DNA of 64,000 bases, from contig JAHXGN010000001.1 of assembly GCA_019923625.1 (NCBI GenBank), forward strand, positions 8,939-72,938, written 5' to 3'. This DNA comes from Candidatus Nealsonbacteria bacterium (GTDB lineage Bacteria > Patescibacteriota > Minisyncoccia > Minisyncoccales > RBG-13-42-11). Both the position numbers and the translations under genes were made by a program. The notes under the pieces were generated by a model that ran no database searches, was not told the DNA's origin, and saw only the letters and a program-made list of their open reading frames with translations. Below are positions 35,630 through 45,367 of the stretch, piece after piece (position 1 is the first letter of the stretch; the number at the start of each line of letters is the position of its first letter).

Positions 35630-36977
35630 AATCAAGAAGGAATAAAAAATTGGGGGTATATTGAGGATTATTAAAATCTTTTTTGTTTATTTTCTCAATG
35701 TTTTTAAAATTTTCCGAATAGTCGAAGAAGATTCCTTCTTCTCCGCCCCTCGCTGCGCTCGGGTAGTCGCTGAGGGCCTCGCCCTCATCTCCACCCTTTG
35801 CTGCTCTCGGGTAGTCGCTGAGGGCTTCGCCTTCATCTCCACCCTTCGCTGCGCTCGGGTAGTCGCTGAGGGCTTCGCCTTCATCTCCACCCTTCGCTGC
35901 GCTCGGGTAAATGAATTTTACCTTAGGTCCATCTATGAAAAAAAATTCTTGCCAATCGCCATTTTCTAAAATTTCTTTGATTTCTTCAAGTAGACTTCCT
36001 CCGCCAAAAATAAAAATGGTTGAGGGAAAAATTTTTATTTGGGTCATTTCTGCCAATTTTATTTTAAGATTTTTAAACCATTCATTTTTTTCAAAAGAAA
36101 AAAACTCTTTAATTTTGTTGGTTGTTTCTAAACTTAAAAGTTTTTTTGAATATTTTTCTTTTAAAATTCTGGCTTCCTTTAACCTCATTGCCAATTTTTG
36201 AGAAAGCTTTTCGTCAAAAAAATTCGCCCCGACTGGAAATTCATCAAGCGCTTCTATTTTTTTGTTTTTAAAAATAAAAATTTTGGTTAGTTTGGCGCCG
36301 ATATCAAGATAAATGCCGTCTGACCTTTCATTGTTTTCAACAAAAGAAATTAATCCCTGGGTTTGGCTCAAATAAGATAAACCTTCTTCTCCGCGAAAAT
36401 TTAATTCTTTGAAAATTTTTTGATGGTTTTCAAAACAGACCTTGGGTAAAAAGGCGGCTAAAATTTTAAACTCCAAATTTTTTCCTTGATATCCTTCCAA
36501 AACTGGTATTTCATAGCCATTAATTTTTATTTCTAAAACTCTTAAAGAAAGAAAATGGAAATCTTCCGGTAAAATTCCAAAATCCCCGGCTAATTTTTGA
36601 GAAACTTGTTTTTTGGTTCTTTGAAAAATTTTTTGATAAATTTCATTTTTTTCTTTTTCTTTAATAATCTCTGTTTCGCTTTCTCTGATTAAAAACTGAT
36701 GATAAATTTTCTCTTTTAAAGCATGAGGGGGTAAACCAATAATTAAGGATTTTATTTTTCCTTTCTCTTCTTTTATCCAAGCCGCGGCAAAAGAAAGATT
36801 TTTTTTAATAATCTCTATTTCTAAATCCTCATCTTTTTCAAAATATTCCAAAAAGCTTTTTAAAATAAAAAATTTCTCTTTTTCTTTTTTAAAAATTAGA
36901 GATTTTATCGCCTGACTGCCAATATCCAAACTGACAAAAAATTCTTTTTCTTTTTTCCTTGGGAAAAACCATTTCAT
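35613..36977 (-). CDS. FtsA-like actin-fold protein with in-frame repeat insertion
   Basis: LDIGSQAIK, LDIGAKLT, FGGGSLL motifs. Confidence 0.75.
   Translation of the reverse strand: MKWFFPRKKEKEFFVSLDIGSQAIKSLIFKKEKEKFFILKSFLEYFEKDEDLEIEIIKKNLSFAAAWIKEEKGKIKSLIIGLPPHALKEKIYHQFLIRESETEIIKEKEKNEIYQKIFQRTKKQVSQKLAGDFGILPEDFHFLSLRVLEIKINGYEIPVLEGYQGKNLEFKILAAFLPKVCFENHQKIFKELNFRGEEGLSYLSQTQGLISFVENNERSDGIYLDIGAKLTKIFIFKNKKIEALDEFPVGANFFDEKLSQKLAMRLKEARILKEKYSKKLLSLETTNKIKEFFSFEKNEWFKNLKIKLAEMTQIKIFPSTIFIFGGGSLLEEIKEILENGDWQEFFFIDGPKVKFIYPSAAKGGDEGEALSDYPSAAKGGDEGEALSDYPRAAKGGDEGEALSDYPSAARGGEEGIFFDYSENFKNIEKINKKDFNNPQYTPNFLFLLDYEKKT
35719..35909. repeat. Family B element, 4 tandem copies (45 + 3x48 nt) in the ftsA-like gene
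   Basis: TAGTCGCTGAGGGCTTCGCCTTCATCTCCACCCTTCGCTGCGCTCGGG units. Confidence 0.93.
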
Positions 36978-36999
36978 TATTTAATTATAAATAAAATGT

Positions 37000-37509
37000 T
37001 TATGAGAAACGGTCGGCTACTGTGGCAGCGGCAAATGCCTCGGGTTTAATTTTTGGTTCAAAACCGCTACCTTTAATCAGTCCCGTTATTTCTTTTATCA
37101 TTTCCCGGGTTAAACCATTTTTGCCAATATCGGCATGAATGTAGCGAAATTGATAATCTATTGGTTCAGAAATGGTTTTTAATTTTTTTGACAAATTTTC
37201 TTTCAAATAGAGGGCTAATTCACATGATAATAAAACTTCTTCTAAAACCCTTGTTTTCCAATTATAAAACCTTCGATTTTTATAATTAATTTTTTTAAGA
37301 AAAAAACGTCCGCCCTCCCCTTTTCTTAAAATCACCACTGCTAAAGGAAAATTGGGTTCTTGACCAGAAGAAGAATCACAACCAACAATAATATCGTAAA
37401 ATTTTTCCGGTTTTTCATTAATATAATTTAAAATTTCCCCAATCATCTGATTGAATCTTAAATTCCCTTGACTGGGATTATAAAAAAAACCTTCTGAAAA
37501 ATTATTCAT
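37000..37509 (-). CDS. RNase H-like YkuK/DUF458 family protein
   Basis: IIVGCDS, GGRFF, IHADIGKNGLT, IKPEAFAAATVADR. Confidence 0.85.
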   Translation of the reverse strand: MNNFSEGFFYNPSQGNLRFNQMIGEILNYINEKPEKFYDIIVGCDSSSGQEPNFPLAVVILRKGEGGRFFLKKINYKNRRFYNWKTRVLEEVLLSCELALYLKENLSKKLKTISEPIDYQFRYIHADIGKNGLTREMIKEITGLIKGSGFEPKIKPEAFAAATVADRFS

Positions 37510-37540
37510 AAATAATAAATAACAAATTTTTCCTGAAAAG

Positions 37541-38260
37541 TCAAACTAGGTTAAGATTTTTCAGGGTTTGAAAAAATTCTTGAATATTAAGAGAGGCGCC
37601 CCCGAGTAAAAGACCGGAAAAACCGGCTTCTCGGATATAACCGACAGTATTTTCAGAATTAACGCTTCCGCCGTAAAGAATGGGGATATTTTTATTTAAT
37701 TTTTCCTCAATAGTAATTCTTATTTTTTTTGCCTTATCAATACTGCAGGGCTTGTTGGTTCCAATAGCAGAAATTGGTTCGTAAGCAATAATTAAACTTG
37801 ATAATTCTTTTTCAGTAAGACCGCTAAAATCGCCTCGTTTTTTTAAGAATTTCGGTATTTGAGAAACGTTCTCAATGCATAATATTGGTTTTAATCCCTG
37901 TTTAAGGGCGGCCTTTAGTTTTTTATTAATCATTTCATCGGTCTCTTTCTGATATTTTCTTCTTTCGGAATGACCGATTATTACGTAGTCCACTCCTAAA
38001 TTTTTAAGCATTGCTGGAGAAATTTCCCCGGTAAAGGCGCCTTTTTCTTGCCAAAAACAATCCTGAGCGCCCAATTTGACCAATGGCTGATGACTGATGA
38101 CTGATGACAAAATCGGTAAATAAACAAATGGTGGGCAAATAACAACTTCTACATTTTTTATGCCCTTAATCCCCTTCTTTGTTGAATTAAAAAGGAGCTT
38201 AGCTCCTTTTAGAGTTGCCGGATTACATTTCCAATTGGCAACAACTAATATCTTTTTCAT
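37541..38260 (-). CDS. tpiA: Triosephosphate isomerase
   Basis: ANWKCN, GAFTGE, IGHSERR, AYEP, YGGSV; ATG at 38260. Confidence 0.96.
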   Translation of the reverse strand: MKKILVVANWKCNPATLKGAKLLFNSTKKGIKGIKNVEVVICPPFVYLPILSSVISHQPLVKLGAQDCFWQEKGAFTGEISPAMLKNLGVDYVIIGHSERRKYQKETDEMINKKLKAALKQGLKPILCIENVSQIPKFLKKRGDFSGLTEKELSSLIIAYEPISAIGTNKPCSIDKAKKIRITIEEKLNKNIPILYGGSVNSENTVGYIREAGFSGLLLGGASLNIQEFFQTLKNLNLV

Positions 38261-38288
38261 TGATTGTTTGATACAAATTTCCTTCAAC

Positions 38289-38342
38289 TACCCAAGCGTC
38301 ACAGCGAAGGGGCGGAGATGAAGATTTATCTTCATCGACTAT
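38289..38342. repeat. Family B element, intergenic
   Basis: TACCCAAGCGTCACAGCGAAGGGGCGGAGATGAAGATTTATCTTCATCGACTA, close to the reverse complement of the ssb unit. Confidence 0.85.
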
Positions 38343-38384
38343 TGAGCCGGCCAAGACGAGGCGAGAATGGAAATTTAATTTTCT

Positions 38385-39128
38385 TCATATAGTTAAAATT
38401 TTGGCTCCATTTCTGGTGACAGTAATTGTATGTTCAAAATGGGCCGAGAGAGACCCGTCTTGGGTTTCAAAACCAAAACCGTCTTTTGATTTTTTGATTT
38501 TCCAGCCGCCCATCGTAATCATTGGTTCTAAACAAAAAACCATGCCTTCGACAAGCTCGGGCCCGGTCCTTCTTTTACCGTAGTTAAGTATTTTTGGGTC
38601 TTCGTGGATTTCTCTGCCAATTCCGTGACCGCAAAGGTCTCTGACAATATTAAAACCCTGATTCTCAACATATCTTTGGATGGTGTTTCCAATATCGCCA
38701 AAAGTATTGCCGGGCCGAATTTTTTTAATGCCGCGCTTTAAGGCCTTTTTTGTCACCCTGATAAACCGTTGAACTTCGGGAACAACTTTTCCAACCGGAA
38801 TGGTAATTGCCATATCGGTGTGAAAACCCTTATAGAAAATCCCCAAATCAAGAGAAATAATATCGCCTTCTTTCAGTTGACGAGCCGAGGGCGCGACATG
38901 AACAATCTCCTGGTTAATTGAAGTACAAAGGCAAGTTGGAAATCCTTGATATCCCTCAAACGAACATTTTCCTCCATATTTAAAAATCAGATTCTTGGCA
39001 AAATTGTCTAATTCTTTTGTTTTAATTCCCGGCCTTACTTGTCTTTCCAATTCTTTCATAATTTTTGCCAGAATTCTGCCGCCCTCTGTCATTACCTCAA
39101 TTTCCTCTTTTGTTTTTATTGGAACCAT
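38385..39128 (-). CDS. map: Methionine aminopeptidase
   Basis: CTSINQEIVH, DLG...DMA, GHGIG..IHEDP, EPM, SAHFEHT. Confidence 0.97.
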   Translation of the reverse strand: MVPIKTKEEIEVMTEGGRILAKIMKELERQVRPGIKTKELDNFAKNLIFKYGGKCSFEGYQGFPTCLCTSINQEIVHVAPSARQLKEGDIISLDLGIFYKGFHTDMAITIPVGKVVPEVQRFIRVTKKALKRGIKKIRPGNTFGDIGNTIQRYVENQGFNIVRDLCGHGIGREIHEDPKILNYGKRRTGPELVEGMVFCLEPMITMGGWKIKKSKDGFGFETQDGSLSAHFEHTITVTRNGAKILTI

Positions 39129-39142
39129 TCTTCTCTTCTCCC

Positions 39143-39817
39143 TTATAGAGATTTTAAGATATCTTTAAAAACATTTTCAATGCTTTGCTGACCATTTATT
39201 TCAATTAACCTTCCTTGTTTCCTGTAATATTTTATTGCCCGTATTGTTTTTTTCTTATACTCTTGCAATCTTTCTTTTATAGATTCAATTTTATCATCGG
39301 GTCTAATAATAAATTCTCCCCCGCATTTGTCACATTTTTTAAGTTTTTTAAATTCTCCAATCCAAGGAATAGGTCTACCACATTTTTTACATTGCCTTCT
39401 TTTAGTTAATCGATTAAAACATTCTTTTCTTGAAATATTAATAAGAATAACTTTCACGTTTTTACCCCATTCATACCAATTCAAAGCTTCATCTGCCAGG
39501 ATAGCTTCAATAAGTATTCTGGTCCAGCCATCCAAAACAAACCCATTAATTTTTGGACGTTTTTTTAATTTTTCTAATTCGTCTCCCAAAATTTTAGAAA
39601 CGGCAAAACTGGGAACCAATTCTCCTTTTCCCATAACTTTAATGAGTTTTTTCCCGGTGAAATCACTTATCTTTTGCCGGGCACGAAGAACATCACCGCT
39701 TCCGATATATTCTAATCTAAATTTTTCAGCAAGTAGTTTAGCCTGCGTTCCCTTACCCGAACCCGGCGGACCTAAAATAATAAGCACCTTTAGATTTTGA
39801 TTTTTAGAAAGTTTCAT
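39143..39817 (-). CDS. adk: Adenylate kinase
   Basis: GPPGSGKGTQA, Zn-lid CKKC/CDKC; between secY and map. Confidence 0.93.
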   Translation of the reverse strand: MKLSKNQNLKVLIILGPPGSGKGTQAKLLAEKFRLEYIGSGDVLRARQKISDFTGKKLIKVMGKGELVPSFAVSKILGDELEKLKKRPKINGFVLDGWTRILIEAILADEALNWYEWGKNVKVILINISRKECFNRLTKRRQCKKCGRPIPWIGEFKKLKKCDKCGGEFIIRPDDKIESIKERLQEYKKKTIRAIKYYRKQGRLIEINGQQSIENVFKDILKSL

Positions 39818-41102
39818 ATTCGTGCATTTGAAGCTGGGCATTAATCTGACGCATTGTTTCTAAAACAACCGAAACAATAATTAAAACAGCTGTTCCGCCG
39901 ATTAAAAATTGGAAAACCATAACTCCTGTTATTTCACCAACAATTGAGGGCAAAATAGCAATTGTTCCTAAAAAAATAGCCCCAATCAACAAAACCCGAT
40001 TTAAAACATAATATAAAAAACTGGCGGTTGAACTTCCCGGCCTGATACCGGGAATAAAACCACCCATTTTTTGAAGATTTTTGGCAATGTTTTTAGGGTC
40101 AAAGGTAACGGCCGTATAAAAATAAGTGAAAACAAAAACTAATAAAAAATAAAAAATTGCCTGACCCCATGGATTTATTTGAGGATCAAAAAAATTTCCT
40201 ATACTTGCCGCAAGGGTTCCGACAAGACCTTCTTTTTCTCTTAAAAAACCAGTAATCATCATTGGAAAAGTTAAAACCGATAAAGCAAAAATTATAGGCA
40301 TTACGCCGGCCGGATTAACATTTAGGGGTAAATAAGTGGAAACCCCGCCGTAAAGACGATTTCCTCTTACTCTTTTGGCATAAGAAACCGGAATATTTCT
40401 TTTGGCTTCGTTAATTAAAACCACGCCGGCAATAATAGACAAAACCATGGCAAAAAAGAAAAAATATGTGGGGATTTTAGCCGCCTCCCAGCCAAGATAG
40501 ATTTGACCAACATTAGCCGGAAAAATAGAGATAATACCGGCAAAAATTAAAATAGAAATACCGTTTCCTATTCCTTTTTCCGAAATTAACTCACCCAACC
40601 ACATTAAAAACAAAGTGCCAGCCGTAATTGTTAGAAGAGAGGTTAAAAGCAAAAAAGGTGAAAGATGTTCAATTACTGGATTGGCTCCGGCTTGCAGTAA
40701 AGAAAGCATTCCATATCCCTGTAAAAAAGATAAGGGCACGGCTAACAATCTTCCGTATTGATTAAATTTTTGACGACCGGCCTCTCCTTCTTCTTTGTAA
40801 AGACGTTCAAGTTGAGGAAAAATCATGGTCAGAAGTTGTAAAATAATAACAGCCGTAATATATGGTCCCAATCCCAACATTATGACTGAAAGACGGTCAA
40901 GGGTTCCGCCAATAAACAGATTAGCCAAGCCCAAAAATTGAAACTGACCGGCTCCAAAAAATGCCCTTAAGTTTTCAATATTTATTCCCGGTATGGGGAT
41001 ATTTGCCATTATCCTAAAAATTACCAAAATTCCTAAGGTAAAAAGGATTTTATTTCTTAAGCTCGGTATTTTAAAAATTTGAATGAGTTTTTGATACCAC
41101 AT
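39804..41102 (-). CDS. secY: Preprotein translocase SecY
   Basis: LGLGPYITA, GIGNGISILIF, AGVMPIIFA, IPGIRPG. Confidence 0.98.
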   Translation of the reverse strand: MWYQKLIQIFKIPSLRNKILFTLGILVIFRIMANIPIPGINIENLRAFFGAGQFQFLGLANLFIGGTLDRLSVIMLGLGPYITAVIILQLLTMIFPQLERLYKEEGEAGRQKFNQYGRLLAVPLSFLQGYGMLSLLQAGANPVIEHLSPFLLLTSLLTITAGTLFLMWLGELISEKGIGNGISILIFAGIISIFPANVGQIYLGWEAAKIPTYFFFFAMVLSIIAGVVLINEAKRNIPVSYAKRVRGNRLYGGVSTYLPLNVNPAGVMPIIFALSVLTFPMMITGFLREKEGLVGTLAASIGNFFDPQINPWGQAIFYFLLVFVFTYFYTAVTFDPKNIAKNLQKMGGFIPGIRPGSSTASFLYYVLNRVLLIGAIFLGTIAILPSIVGEITGVMVFQFLIGGTAVLIIVSVVLETMRQINAQLQMHEYETF

Positions 41103-41108
41103 ACCTTA

Positions 41109-41243
41109 AAATGACTAATGTCTAATTTCTAATGTCTAATCAATTCCTAATGACTAATGACAAAATGACAAAAAAATAATTAGGCATTAGACATTTCGGC
41201 ATTAGACATTGATTAGAAATTAGACATTAGAAATTAGACATTT
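41109..41243. repeat. Family C repeat overlapping the rplO stop
   Basis: CTAATGT/CTAATTT heptamers and inverted ACATTAG heptamers. Confidence 0.85.
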
Positions 41244-41682
41244 TCACTATGCCGCCGGTTTTTTCAATCTTCTCTTTGGCCGATTTAGATATTTCGCAAC
41301 CCTCAATAATTAATTTTTTAGTTATTTCTCCTTTCCCTAAAATTTTAACTTTTGGCATCTTTCCTTTTATTTCAGCAATAATTTTCTTTTCTGTCAATAT
41401 TTTTGGATTAATTTTTTCTCCGGAATTAAATTTTTTCTCCAAGGTTTCTAAATTCAAAATCACAATTTTTGATTTTTGATTTTTGATTTTTGATTTAAAT
41501 TTGTATCCTCTTAATTTTGGATATCTTTTTATTAATTCCCGAATTATCGGCTTTAATTTCCGGCCGGCCCGAGCTCTTTGACCTTTTATGCCGTGACCGG
41601 AGTAGGTGCCCTTCTTGCCTCCCCGACCTACTCTTTTCGGTTTTTTCATTTTATGGATTGGATGTAAATTATGTAGCTGCAT
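41227..41682 (-). CDS. rplO: 50S ribosomal protein L15
   Basis: RVGRGGKKGTYSGHGIKGQRAR, VKILGKG. Confidence 0.96.
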   Translation of the reverse strand: MQLHNLHPIHKMKKPKRVGRGGKKGTYSGHGIKGQRARAGRKLKPIIRELIKRYPKLRGYKFKSKIKNQKSKIVILNLETLEKKFNSGEKINPKILTEKKIIAEIKGKMPKVKILGKGEITKKLIIEGCEISKSAKEKIEKTGGIVKMSNF

Positions 41683-41689
41683 AATGGTG

Positions 41690-41819
41690 AATGACTAATG
41701 ACTAATTTCTAATTTCTAATCAATTCCCAATGACTAATGACCAAATGACTAAAATATAGGCATTAGACATTTTAGCATTAGACATTGATTAGACATTAGT
41801 CATTGGGAATTAGAAATTT
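41690..41819. repeat. Family C repeat overlapping the rpsE stop, where rpmD usually lies
   Basis: AATGACT heptamers and inverted AGTCATT/ACATTAG. Confidence 0.85.
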
Positions 41820-42285
41820 TCAGCATTTTTAGGGCTTTAATGGTTGCTTGGGCATTATTTAATTTATTTCTGGTTCTTCCTAAGACCTTTGAAGAAATAT
41901 TTTTTATTCCGGCCAAGGCACAAACTACCCTTATTGTTCCTCCGGCTGCCAACCCCCCTCCCTTTCTCTGAGGTTTGAGCAAGACCTTTGCCGCGCCAAA
42001 TTTAGCTTCAACTTGATGAGAAATAGTATCTTTAATAATTTGAATTTCAATTAAATGTTTTTTTGCCAAGCGAGTTGCTTTTTCCACGGCCTGAGCAACA
42101 TCGGCTGCTTTGGCCACTCCTAATCCAATTTTACCAGCTTTATTTCCGACTACTACGACGGCCCGAAATCGAAGCCGTTTTCCTCCGGTCGTTGAGCGGG
42201 AAACTCTGGCTAAATCCAATAGCTTGGACTCATATTCGTCTTTAGGTTTTTCTTCTTTAACTCTTTGAAATTTTTCTCTCATCAT
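41800..42285 (-). CDS. rpsE: 30S ribosomal protein S5
   Basis: GGKRLRFRAVVVVGN, AAGG, NKLNNAQAT. Confidence 0.96.
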   Translation of the reverse strand: MMREKFQRVKEEKPKDEYESKLLDLARVSRSTTGGKRLRFRAVVVVGNKAGKIGLGVAKAADVAQAVEKATRLAKKHLIEIQIIKDTISHQVEAKFGAAKVLLKPQRKGGGLAAGGTIRVVCALAGIKNISSKVLGRTRNKLNNAQATIKALKMLKISNSQ

Positions 42286-42315
42286 TTTAGAAATTAGAAA
42301 TTAGAAATTAGAAAT

Positions 42316-42816
42316 TTAAAAACGGAGGCCTGCTTCTCTCGCTCCCTCGGCCAAGGACTTAACCCTGCCGTGATATTTATATCCCGCCCTGTCAAATACT
42401 ACTTTATCAATTTTTTTTAATAAGGCCTTTTGGGCAATTAATTGACCGACCTCAAGGGCCTTGGCAATTTTTCCGGCTTTAATCATTTCTACTTTTCCTC
42501 CCCCTTTCCCCCTTTTTTCTTTCTCCCGAGCGCTAGCGAGGGAATTCGAAGAGAACTCTGTTCTCTTCTCACGCCCCACCTTCCTATCGTCAGGTTCAGC
42601 GGAAGAAGAAGGCTTGCTTTCTTTGCCCTTTGTTGTTTTTTGTTTAAGTTCTAAATCGCTGCTTGAAACTAAAATTTTTCCTTTTTCATCATCAATTAAT
42701 TGGGCATAGATATGTTTTAATGAGCGAAAAACACAAAGTCGTGGAATTTTATTTGTTCCTGAAATTTGAACTCTTATTTTTTTGTGAATTTTTGTTCGTT
42801 TTTTTTCTTTTTTCAA
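42316..42816 (-). CDS. rplR: 50S ribosomal protein L18 with internal insertion
   Basis: [33 protein letters not shown]. Confidence 0.96.
   Translation of the reverse strand: MKKEKKRTKIHKKIRVQISGTNKIPRLCVFRSLKHIYAQLIDDEKGKILVSSSDLELKQKTTKGKESKPSSSAEPDDRKVGREKRTEFSSNSLASAREKEKRGKGGGKVEMIKAGKIAKALEVGQLIAQKALLKKIDKVVFDRAGYKYHGRVKSLAEGAREAGLRF
42524..42612. repeat. Nested family B composite in rplR
   Basis: Encodes [26 protein letters not shown]. Confidence 0.92.
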
Positions 42817-42840
42817 GATAATAATGTTTTTACTTGTTTT

Positions 42841-43383
42841 TTATTTGGACTGGACTGCTTTTTTACCCATTTTTTTTCTTACTATCTCTCCCAAATATCT
42901 GATTCCCTTTCCTTTATAGGGTTCGGGGGGCCGAACTTTTCTGATTTTGGCAGCCATTTGACCGACTAATTCTTTGTCTATGCCAGAAACAGTAATGATA
43001 TTTTTTTCAACTGAAAATTTAATTCCTTCTGGTGATTCTATTTTAACCGGATGGGTAAAACCAATTTGCAAAATTAAGTTTTCACCCTCCGGTCCTGCCC
43101 GATAACCCAAACCCTCTATTTGCAATTTTTTTTCATAACCATCGCTAACTCCTTTAATCGCATTAAAAAGAAGCGCCCGGGTTAAACCCCAAAAAGGGTT
43201 GGTTCTTTTGGTTTCAATTTTAGGTGTAACGAAAATTTTATTATTTTTGATTTCAATTTTAATTTCTTGGGGAATTTTTTTAGAAAGCTCGCCTTTTGGG
43301 CCCTTAATAATGACTTTCTGGTCTTCAATTTTTATTTGAAGCCCTTTTAATATTGGTATTGGTTTTTTTCCTATTCTTGACAT
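42841..43383 (-). CDS. rplF: 50S ribosomal protein L6
   Basis: MSRIGKKPI, RPPEPYKGKGIRY. Confidence 0.98.
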   Translation of the reverse strand: MSRIGKKPIPILKGLQIKIEDQKVIIKGPKGELSKKIPQEIKIEIKNNKIFVTPKIETKRTNPFWGLTRALLFNAIKGVSDGYEKKLQIEGLGYRAGPEGENLILQIGFTHPVKIESPEGIKFSVEKNIITVSGIDKELVGQMAAKIRKVRPPEPYKGKGIRYLGEIVRKKMGKKAVQSK

Positions 43384-43444
43384 AAAAATTTAAGCGAGTT
43401 AAGCGAGGCAGGGATATTCACAACCGAGCCCCGAAAAGATTTAA

Positions 43445-43605
43445 GCGAGGCAGGGATATGAGGGTGACACTTCGCAGCCGAGCCCCGGAAAGATTTGAAA
43501 TTTTTTTAAGACTGGTGAGGCTCGGCGAGAAATAGCAGCAGCGGGAATAACTTTCTCTTACTATTAAAGCTGACTGCGTGTCACCCGAATCAGCCCTGCC
43601 GAGCG
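43445..43605. repeat. Family A structured element, copy 3 (after rpsH stop); partial duplicate at 43403-43440
   Basis: GCGAGGCAGGG..GGGTGACAC-TTCGCAG..CGAGAA..GTGTCACCC..CCCTGCCGAGCG. Confidence 0.88.
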
Positions 43606-43608
43606 ACT

Positions 43609-43998
43609 TTACCATATTTCACAAAGCACCTCTCCTCCTAATTTTTGTTTTTTTGCTTCTTTGTTAGTTATTAATCCTCCTTTTGAGGTAGAAATTATTT
43701 TTATTCCGTACCTTTTTTTTGCTGGTTTTATCTCTTTATGGGTCTGGTAGATTCTTTGACCTGGTTTGGAAATTCTTTTTAAATTAGAAATAATTGACGT
43801 TTTATCTTTATATTTTAAGGTAATTTGAATTGTTTTTTTTTCTTTTTTTCCCTTTCTTTCTATTTTTTCAACCAATTTTTCTCTTTTTAAAATTTTAGCG
43901 ATTTCATATTTTAAATTGGAAAATGGAATCTCAACCGTTGGATGTTTAACGATTAAGCCGTTTCTTATTGAAGTTAACATGTCTGAAATTGGATCCAT
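43609..43998 (-). CDS. rpsH: 30S ribosomal protein S8
   Basis: DPISDMLTSIRN, RISKPGQRIY, GGEVLCEIW. Confidence 0.97.
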   Translation of the reverse strand: MDPISDMLTSIRNGLIVKHPTVEIPFSNLKYEIAKILKREKLVEKIERKGKKEKKTIQITLKYKDKTSIISNLKRISKPGQRIYQTHKEIKPAKKRYGIKIISTSKGGLITNKEAKKQKLGGEVLCEIW

Positions 43999-44053
43999 AA
44001 AAATAATTGGTATTAAAAATTATTTAAAAATTGGGGGTTAAAAGTTGAAAATT

Positions 44054-44239
44054 TCACCATGACGATTTTTTAACTCCCGGTATTAGACCTTGGTTTGCCA
44101 TCTCCCGAAAACAAATCCTGCATAATCCAAAATGACGAAAGTATCCTCTTTTTCTACCGCACTTAAAACATCTCCGAACAATTCGGGTTGAAAATTTTGG
44201 TTTTTTAAGAGATTTTGCTATTTGAGATTTAGTTGCCAT
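44054..44239 (-). CDS. rpsZ: 30S ribosomal protein S14 type Z
   Basis: RCFKCGR...CRICFRE...IPGVKKSSW. Confidence 0.96.
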   Translation of the reverse strand: MATKSQIAKSLKKPKFSTRIVRRCFKCGRKRGYFRHFGLCRICFREMANQGLIPGVKKSSW

Positions 44240-44256
44240 TTGTCGTTTATTTTTTT

Positions 44257-44325
44257 ACCCTGTTAAATCCCGCTTTGCGGCAATCCAGCCTTTTTCGCAA
44301 AAAGGGCTGGATTATTTAACAGGGT
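44257..44325. repeat. Family G element overlapping the rplE stop
   Basis: ACCCTGTTAAAT-[CCGC hairpin]-[AATCCAGCC hairpin]-ATTTAACAGGGT. Confidence 0.88.
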
Positions 44326-44875
44326 GAATTGGAAATCCTAATAATTTTAACAACTCTATTCCTTCTTCTTTTGTCTTGGCGGTAGTTTTGATTGTTATTT
44401 CAAAACCAAAAATATTTTTTACTTTTTCCGGTGAAATCTCGGAAAAATAAATATGTTCTTTAATACCGATTGTTAAATTTCCTTTTGAATCAAAGGACTC
44501 AATTCCTATTCCCCGAAAATCACGCGAGCGAGGAAGAGAGATGTTGATTAACCTTTCTAAAAAATCATTCATTTTCTTTTTTCTAAGAGTACATTTGGCG
44601 CCAAGGGCTAAACCTTTTCTTGTTTTAAATCCGGCAATCGATTTTTTAGCCATTGTTAAAACCGGTCCTTGACCGGAAATGAGAGCTAAATCATTTAAAA
44701 TTGCCTTCTGAATCTTTTTTTGCTCTTCATTTGTTTTACCTAAAATCAATTTTCCAAAACTGGTATTGATTATTACCTTTTCAATTTTAGGAACAGCCAT
44801 TGGATTTTTATATCCAAATTCTTTCATCATAACTGGCACTACTTCTTTTTTATATTTTTCTTGTAATTTTAACAT
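44312..44875 (-). CDS. rplE: 50S ribosomal protein L5
   Basis: NPMAVPKIEK, LPRSRDFRG, FDSKGN; ATG at 44875. Confidence 0.96.
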   Translation of the reverse strand: MLKLQEKYKKEVVPVMMKEFGYKNPMAVPKIEKVIINTSFGKLILGKTNEEQKKIQKAILNDLALISGQGPVLTMAKKSIAGFKTRKGLALGAKCTLRKKKMNDFLERLINISLPRSRDFRGIGIESFDSKGNLTIGIKEHIYFSEISPEKVKNIFGFEITIKTTAKTKEEGIELLKLLGFPIHPVK

Positions 44876-44876
44876 A

Positions 44877-45182
44877 TTAGGTTTCTCGCCCACATTTTTT
44901 GCAAATTCTATTTTTTTTCTTTTCAATAATTTTATAACCTATCCTGCTTGGCTTTCCGCATTTTGAACAAATTAACTTGGCGTTAGAAATATGAATCGGA
45001 GCGGCTATTTGAACAATTCGGCCTTTCTCTCCGCCCTTTTTGGGACGAATGTGTTTTTTTTTAATATTAATTCCTTCAACTATCAAACTTTCCTTTTCAG
45101 GAATAATTTTTAAGACCTTGCCTTTTCTTCCTCTGTCTTTGCCTAAAATTATTAAAACCGTATCGCCTTTTTTTATTTTCAT
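44877..45182 (-). CDS. rplX: 50S ribosomal protein L24
   Basis: MKIKKGDTV..GKDRG, PIHISN; ATG at 45182. Confidence 0.96.
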   Translation of the reverse strand: MKIKKGDTVLIILGKDRGRKGKVLKIIPEKESLIVEGINIKKKHIRPKKGGEKGRIVQIAAPIHISNAKLICSKCGKPSRIGYKIIEKKKNRICKKCGRET

Positions 45183-45224
45183 AATCCTACGAATTACGAA
45201 TAAGTACGAATATACGAATAATAA

Positions 45225-45367
45225 GCGAGGCAACAAAGTTTTCATGGTAACTTTCGCAGTCCCGCCAGCATGGTGCCGCCGAAGGCGGCTGGCGGGACGA
45301 GAATGTAGATAGTCAAATCTCGCTGGGATTTGAACTATCGGTACCTGAAAACTTTAGTTGCCGAGCG
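45225..45367. repeat. Family A structured element, copy 4 (abuts rplN stop)
   Basis: GCGAGGCAAC...TTCGCAG..GCATGG..CGAGAA...GCTG...GTTGCCGAGCG. Confidence 0.92.

Noticed and set aside
35719-35909. Possible CRISPR array (regular 48-nt repeats; also 13194-13339)
   Set aside because: Units are contiguous with no unique spacers and lie in frame inside genes; no cas operon in the window.
41683-41799. Missing rpmD (L30) as a novelty
   Set aside because: Absence of L30 is an established CPR trait; the spacer holds only a family C repeat.
43418-43615. 65-aa ORF in the rpsH-rplF spacer
   Set aside because: It coincides with a family A element; other copies do not conserve a reading frame.
44054-44056. 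Alternative genetic code (TGA reassigned)
   Set aside because: TGA terminates rpsZ, infA and others at the expected positions, and core genes translate fully under code 11.
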